DNA of 64,000 nucleotides from an uncultured Verrucomicrobiae bacterium (GTDB lineage Bacteria; Chlamydiota; Chlamydiia; Chlamydiales; Rhabdochlamydiaceae): NCBI GenBank assembly GCA_963718565.1, contig OY970364.1, positions 416,001 to 480,000 of the forward strand, read 5' to 3'. Shown piece by piece: positions 59,801 to 64,000 of this stretch (position 1 is its first letter; each line of letters starts with the position of its first letter). The notes under the pieces were generated by a model. It saw only the letters and a program-made list of their open reading frames with translations, ran no database searches and was not told where the DNA came from. The position numbers and the translations under genes were made by a program.

Positions 59801-62173
59801 TTAGAATTGGCCTCCCATTGAGAAGAAGAATTTGCGTACGCCAGCGCCTTCTTGGCGGTTGATCGGAAAGCCCACTCCGACGATAACGGGAACACGGTTG
59901 ATCAACTCTAAACGCGCACCCACACCGGCGGTGCATCTAAAAGTGGAAAAATGAAAGCGTCGTAAAGAGATGCTTCCCGCATCGGCAAACACAAATAAAT
60001 CCATGACAGGTAAAACTTCATGCAAATACTCAATCGAAAGGACGGTGGATGAGACACCGCCTGTAGGATCTCCTCCCTCAAAATGCGAACCTAAGTCAAA
60101 ATCGCGGTAGCCGCGGACTGAGGTTAAGCCACCAATGAAAAAGCGTTCGCTTAAAGGGACATCTTTCGGGCTAGTTGTTTTAAAAACAGGGTCAATAAAG
60201 CGGAGGTCCCAGCGATATTTCATAATTCCATGGCGCCAGAGTTGAGTATAATAGCTGTTGACATAAGCGAAGCGCAGGAAGGCGTAATCCCCCCAAATTC
60301 CGACAAATTCCGCTTCGAGAGAAGAACGGAATCCATTGTGCGGCTTGATAGCGCTATCGGTGGAGTCAAAAGTAAGTGAGGATCCAAGGCCTGAGATCAC
60401 TCCGTCATGATGAGCTTGTTTTTGCTCTTCTTCTGAGGTATGTCTTGAGACGTGGATGATCGAATTGCGGAACCGATATTTGGTCCCGAATGTCCAGTAG
60501 TAGTTCAGCGGGTAAGAAGCATAGAGGGAAAAACCAAAAGTGTTGATATCGTAATCATCGGAGATCAATCTACTATGGTTTTCCGAGACGTCGAAGCCGA
60601 CACGCCAGAGTGTATCGCGGAAATAGGGGGTTAGCCATGATAGTGTATATGTGCGCTGTTTTGCGCCCAAGCTGGCCCGAGCATGTGCATATTCCCCGCC
60701 GCCGCGTAGAGAAGAAAGGCCATCTTTGAAGACACGCGGAATTCCTTTATAACTAAAATTACTTTCAGAGAGGTCAAGGCCGCCAAAAACATCATCGGCG
60801 CTACTGAAACCAAAGAAAAGACTGATGTTGCCTGTGGTCGTCTCTTCAACTTCAATGTAAACATCGCGATAGTTTTCCCCGAGAGCCTGGTCATCTTGTG
60901 TTCGAACGGCATAGACATTGACGCTCTTAAAATATCCCATGTTTTCTAAGCGCTGCTGTGTCGCTTTTAACTTTGCGCTGTCAAATGTTTCGCCAGGAAT
61001 CAGGAGTGATTCACGTAAAATGACATGAGCTTCTGTTTGTACATTTCCGAAAACGCGCACCATGCCGATTTTATATTGTTCACCTTCGTCGATATGATAA
61101 TAGACATTGTAAACAGGTTCATTGGCCACGAGATGAGTCTCATATTGAACAGAAGAATCGATGTAGCCTTTTCGTCCATAGAGGTCTTTGATTGCTTGGG
61201 CAGACTCGCGTAATTTCTCAGGAGAATACACAGCTCCTGGGCGGGCTAGAAAGAGTTCATCGATCTGCTTATCCGTAAAAAGGGTATTGCCCTTGAAAGT
61301 GATTTTGCCAAAATGAAAAATTGGACCACGGTCAGCAACGATCTCTAAAATGATTTTTCCTTCGGTTTTGGCTTCTCTGACAAGGATATCGACTTTGGCA
61401 TCCGCATATCCGCGGTTTTGAAGTAAATTAATGATTGTCAATTTATCCTGTTCAAGCGCTTCCTCGTTATAGATCCCGGCTCCTGTTAACCAGCTCGTGA
61501 AAAGATTGTATTTCTTTGTGTAGATCATCCCAAGGATCTCGCTGCGCTCGCTCTTGGTGAAGCCCTTAAAAACAATATTGTCGATTTTCCCTGATCGTCC
61601 TTCACGTACCTCAACGGCAATGTCCACTTCGTTTGTCTTTGTATCGGGAATGATGATATATTGGAGCTGGGATTCGAAATAGCCCTTCTTGATGTAGTAC
61701 TCTTTGACTTTGTTGAAGGCTTTGTTAAAGGCTTGGCGGTTGAAGACGGCTTTCGGTTTGATTCCTAGTTCTTTTTGCAAGGTGCTTGTCTTAATGTGAG
61801 TATTGCCATGCCATTTGAGCGTCCGAATCGAGGGCCGGGGCCACACTTTAATCGAGATGTAGACCTCGCCATTTTGAACATGGATATTAGGTTCGATACG
61901 GTCATACTCATCTGAAAGAGTCTTAAGATCACTGTCAAAGGTCATTTGAGAGAAAGGATCGCCGACTTTGGTTTTCAAGCGTGAGATCACTGTCTTAGGA
62001 TCAAAAGAAGCATTGGGGGGAAGGTTTTCAGCTTGGATATCGATGTTTGCCACTTTTCGATCTTCAAAAGCTTCAACCGAAGGATATGTCGCCATCAGAG
62101 AATTCAAAGGCGCGCAAGTGAAGGCGATCAGAGATAGGTAGACGAGAATTTTTCTGCTCATGACGAGGTACAT
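59801..62173 (-). CDS. bamA: Outer membrane protein assembly factor BamA
   Basis: POTRA-like repeats; SVRGY motif; C-terminal Phe; start at 62173 or 62161. Confidence 0.95.
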   Translation of the reverse strand: MYLVMSRKILVYLSLIAFTCAPLNSLMATYPSVEAFEDRKVANIDIQAENLPPNASFDPKTVISRLKTKVGDPFSQMTFDSDLKTLSDEYDRIEPNIHVQNGEVYISIKVWPRPSIRTLKWHGNTHIKTSTLQKELGIKPKAVFNRQAFNKAFNKVKEYYIKKGYFESQLQYIIIPDTKTNEVDIAVEVREGRSGKIDNIVFKGFTKSERSEILGMIYTKKYNLFTSWLTGAGIYNEEALEQDKLTIINLLQNRGYADAKVDILVREAKTEGKIILEIVADRGPIFHFGKITFKGNTLFTDKQIDELFLARPGAVYSPEKLRESAQAIKDLYGRKGYIDSSVQYETHLVANEPVYNVYYHIDEGEQYKIGMVRVFGNVQTEAHVILRESLLIPGETFDSAKLKATQQRLENMGYFKSVNVYAVRTQDDQALGENYRDVYIEVEETTTGNISLFFGFSSADDVFGGLDLSESNFSYKGIPRVFKDGLSSLRGGGEYAHARASLGAKQRTYTLSWLTPYFRDTLWRVGFDVSENHSRLISDDYDINTFGFSLYASYPLNYYWTFGTKYRFRNSIIHVSRHTSEEEQKQAHHDGVISGLGSSLTFDSTDSAIKPHNGFRSSLEAEFVGIWGDYAFLRFAYVNSYYTQLWRHGIMKYRWDLRFIDPVFKTTSPKDVPLSERFFIGGLTSVRGYRDFDLGSHFEGGDPTGGVSSTVLSIEYLHEVLPVMDLFVFADAGSISLRRFHFSTFRCTAGVGARLELINRVPVIVGVGFPINRQEGAGVRKFFFSMGGQF

Positions 62174-62234
62174 TCCATTGGGCGTAACAAATCGAGTTAC
62201 CGATTATAAGGAAACCAAGGGAATATTTGCAAAA

Positions 62235-62285
62235 TATACCGAAACAACCCAGCCAAAAACCGATTCTTCATGTTGTTTCGGTATA
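62235..62285. mobile_element. Miniature family-D element (51 bp)
   Basis: tataccgaaacaac / gttgtttcggtata with the internal gccaaaaaccgattcttca shared with 20274-20410. Confidence 0.78.
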
Positions 62286-62286
62286 C

Positions 62287-62886
62287 TCAGAAGCTTTGAC
62301 GTCCGATCAATGCTCGGGCGAGCGTACTGCCATCGACAAAATCGAGGGAACTGCCGATGGGCAACCCAAAGGCAAGTCTTGAAACCGGAAGCCCCCAGCT
62401 TTGAATCTGTTCTTTGAGAAAGAGGGAAGTGGTATCGCCTTCTAAAGTCGAGTCTAGGGCGATAATAATTTCTTTGATGGGAAGTTCTGCAAGTCTTTTT
62501 TTTAGCTGTTCGAGGTCCAAGTGCTCAGGTGTCTTTCCATCGAGAGGGGACAATAGTCCCCCCAGAACATGATATAGGCCACGGTAAGCGCCCGTTTCTT
62601 CAAGAGAGTAGACATCGCGCGGAGAAGCGATGATGCACAGTTGTGTTTTGTCGCGCATGGCGTTATGGCAAAATAGACAGCGGTCATTGTCCATTAAGCA
62701 ACGGCAATCGGGGCATTTGGTAATTTTTTTCTTTAATTCCGCAAAGATTGCTGAGAAAAATTGAAGTTCTGCTTCTTGCCAATTTAAAAATTGAAAAGCA
62801 AATCGTTCCGCAGTTTTAGTACCGACACCAGGAAGTTTTTTAAGAAATGCGATTAATTGCGCAAGGTCGTACGGGTATTTAGTCAT
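62287..62886 (-). CDS. recR: Recombination mediator RecR
   Basis: LPGVGTKTAER, C4 zinc finger, YHVLGG and RLAFGLP motifs. Confidence 0.95.
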   Translation of the reverse strand: MTKYPYDLAQLIAFLKKLPGVGTKTAERFAFQFLNWQEAELQFFSAIFAELKKKITKCPDCRCLMDNDRCLFCHNAMRDKTQLCIIASPRDVYSLEETGAYRGLYHVLGGLLSPLDGKTPEHLDLEQLKKRLAELPIKEIIIALDSTLEGDTTSLFLKEQIQSWGLPVSRLAFGLPIGSSLDFVDGSTLARALIGRQSF

Positions 62887-63017
62887 AATTTGCAAGAGTA
62901 CTCGAGTGCCCATTTATGTTAAATAGGGTGTTTTAAATGCGCAGAGAAATAATGCTTTGCATTTTTATAGGGCTGGGGTAAAATCGTTGCTAGTTCACAA
63001 TTTAAATTTTTGTTTGC

Positions 63018-64000
63018 ATGAACAAATCTGTAAAAGCACATATCATTGGAACTGGCTGCTATCTACCGGAGCAGGTTTTATCCAACTATGATCTCGAAAA
63101 AATGGTGGAAACTTCTGATGAGTGGATAGTGACGCGAACGGGGATGAAAGAGCGAAGGATCGCCCGGGCTGATGAATTCACTTCCGATATGGGATACGAA
63201 GCGGCAGTCCGCGCAATCGAATCTGCGAAAATTTCTGCGGATGAGATCGATCTTATCCTTGTCGCGACATTGACCCCCGATTATGTTTTTCCAAGCACTG
63301 CTTGCCTTTTACAAGCGCGATTGAAGGCCGTTAACGCTGCTGCGGTCGATATCCAAGCTGCGTGCACGGGTTATATTTATGCCCTTTCTCAGGCTAAAGC
63401 GTATGTCGATTCTGGTCTGTACAACAATGTTTTAATTATCGCGGCCGAAAAGCTTTCGTCCATCATCAACTATAAAGATCGCAATACCTGTGTGCTATTC
63501 GGCGATGGCGCTTCCGCATGCATCGTCAGCAGCCGAAACAGCGGTTTGATCGTCCGGGATGTATGTCTTGGAGCGGATGGAGAACTTGCCGAGTTACTGA
63601 TTCTGCCCGCAGGCGGCTGTCGTAAACCTGCTTCCGTCCAGACTCTGTGCGATGGCCTGCATTATTTGCAAATGGATGGAAAAGAGACGTATAAGCACGC
63701 TGTGCGCCGTATGGAAATGGCGTCCAAACAATGTTTAGACCGCGTTGGACTTGCTGAATCGGAAATCAGTTGGATTGTACCTCATCAAGCAAATGTTAGG
63801 ATCATTGAAGGAATCGCCAAGCGGTTCGGCGTGCCCATGGAACGCGTTTATTTGACGATTCAAAAATATGGAAATACATCAGCCTCATCTGTGGGGATTG
63901 CCCTCGACGAGCTGCTCCGAAAAAAGGGCGTGAAGAAAGGGGAAAACCTCTTACTTGTCGCCTTCGGCTCTGGATTGACATGGGGAGCATCTATATTGAC
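63018..64000 (+). CDS. fabH: Beta-ketoacyl-ACP synthase III (runs off the window end)
   Basis: MNKSVKAHIIGTGCYLP..ETSDEWIVTRTG, AACTG, FGDGA, PHQAN and YGNTS motifs. Confidence 0.95.
   Translation, partial: MNKSVKAHIIGTGCYLPEQVLSNYDLEKMVETSDEWIVTRTGMKERRIARADEFTSDMGYEAAVRAIESAKISADEIDLILVATLTPDYVFPSTACLLQARLKAVNAAAVDIQAACTGYIYALSQAKAYVDSGLYNNVLIIAAEKLSSIINYKDRNTCVLFGDGASACIVSSRNSGLIVRDVCLGADGELAELLILPAGGCRKPASVQTLCDGLHYLQMDGKETYKHAVRRMEMASKQCLDRVGLAESEISWIVPHQANVRIIEGIAKRFGVPMERVYLTIQKYGNTSASSVGIALDELLRKKGVKKGENLLLVAFGSGLTWGASIL

Overview
Chromosomal segment of an environmental chlamydia (Chlamydiota). The gene set and order point to this group: rplT-pheS-tRNA-Ser without pheT, tgt-yhhQ, groES-groEL-pepF with a CIRCE, pdhABC, and lpxD-skp-bamA-recR-fabH. 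The second half (about 35-64 kb) is mostly conserved housekeeping genes. The first half (about 1.4-35 kb) is an accessory zone. It holds a tandem pair of F-box/ankyrin/Cys-protease-like/CBM-like effector genes (one split by an ISAs1 element and a MITE), a DUF4365 two-gene module, three near-identical repeat-containing effector-like paralogues with different C-termini, two kinase-like membrane proteins, two toxin-antitoxin pairs, a cyoABCD operon broken only by +1 frameshifts, a plasmid-like pgp6/CT583 fragment and an intact IS3-family element. At least four families of small palindromic MITE-like elements run through the whole window. They have identifiable target-site duplications, range in size down to 19-20 bp scars, nest inside each other, complete stop codons of host genes, and in one case insert in frame into a coding sequence. 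All family assignments come from motif recognition by eye; no searches were run.
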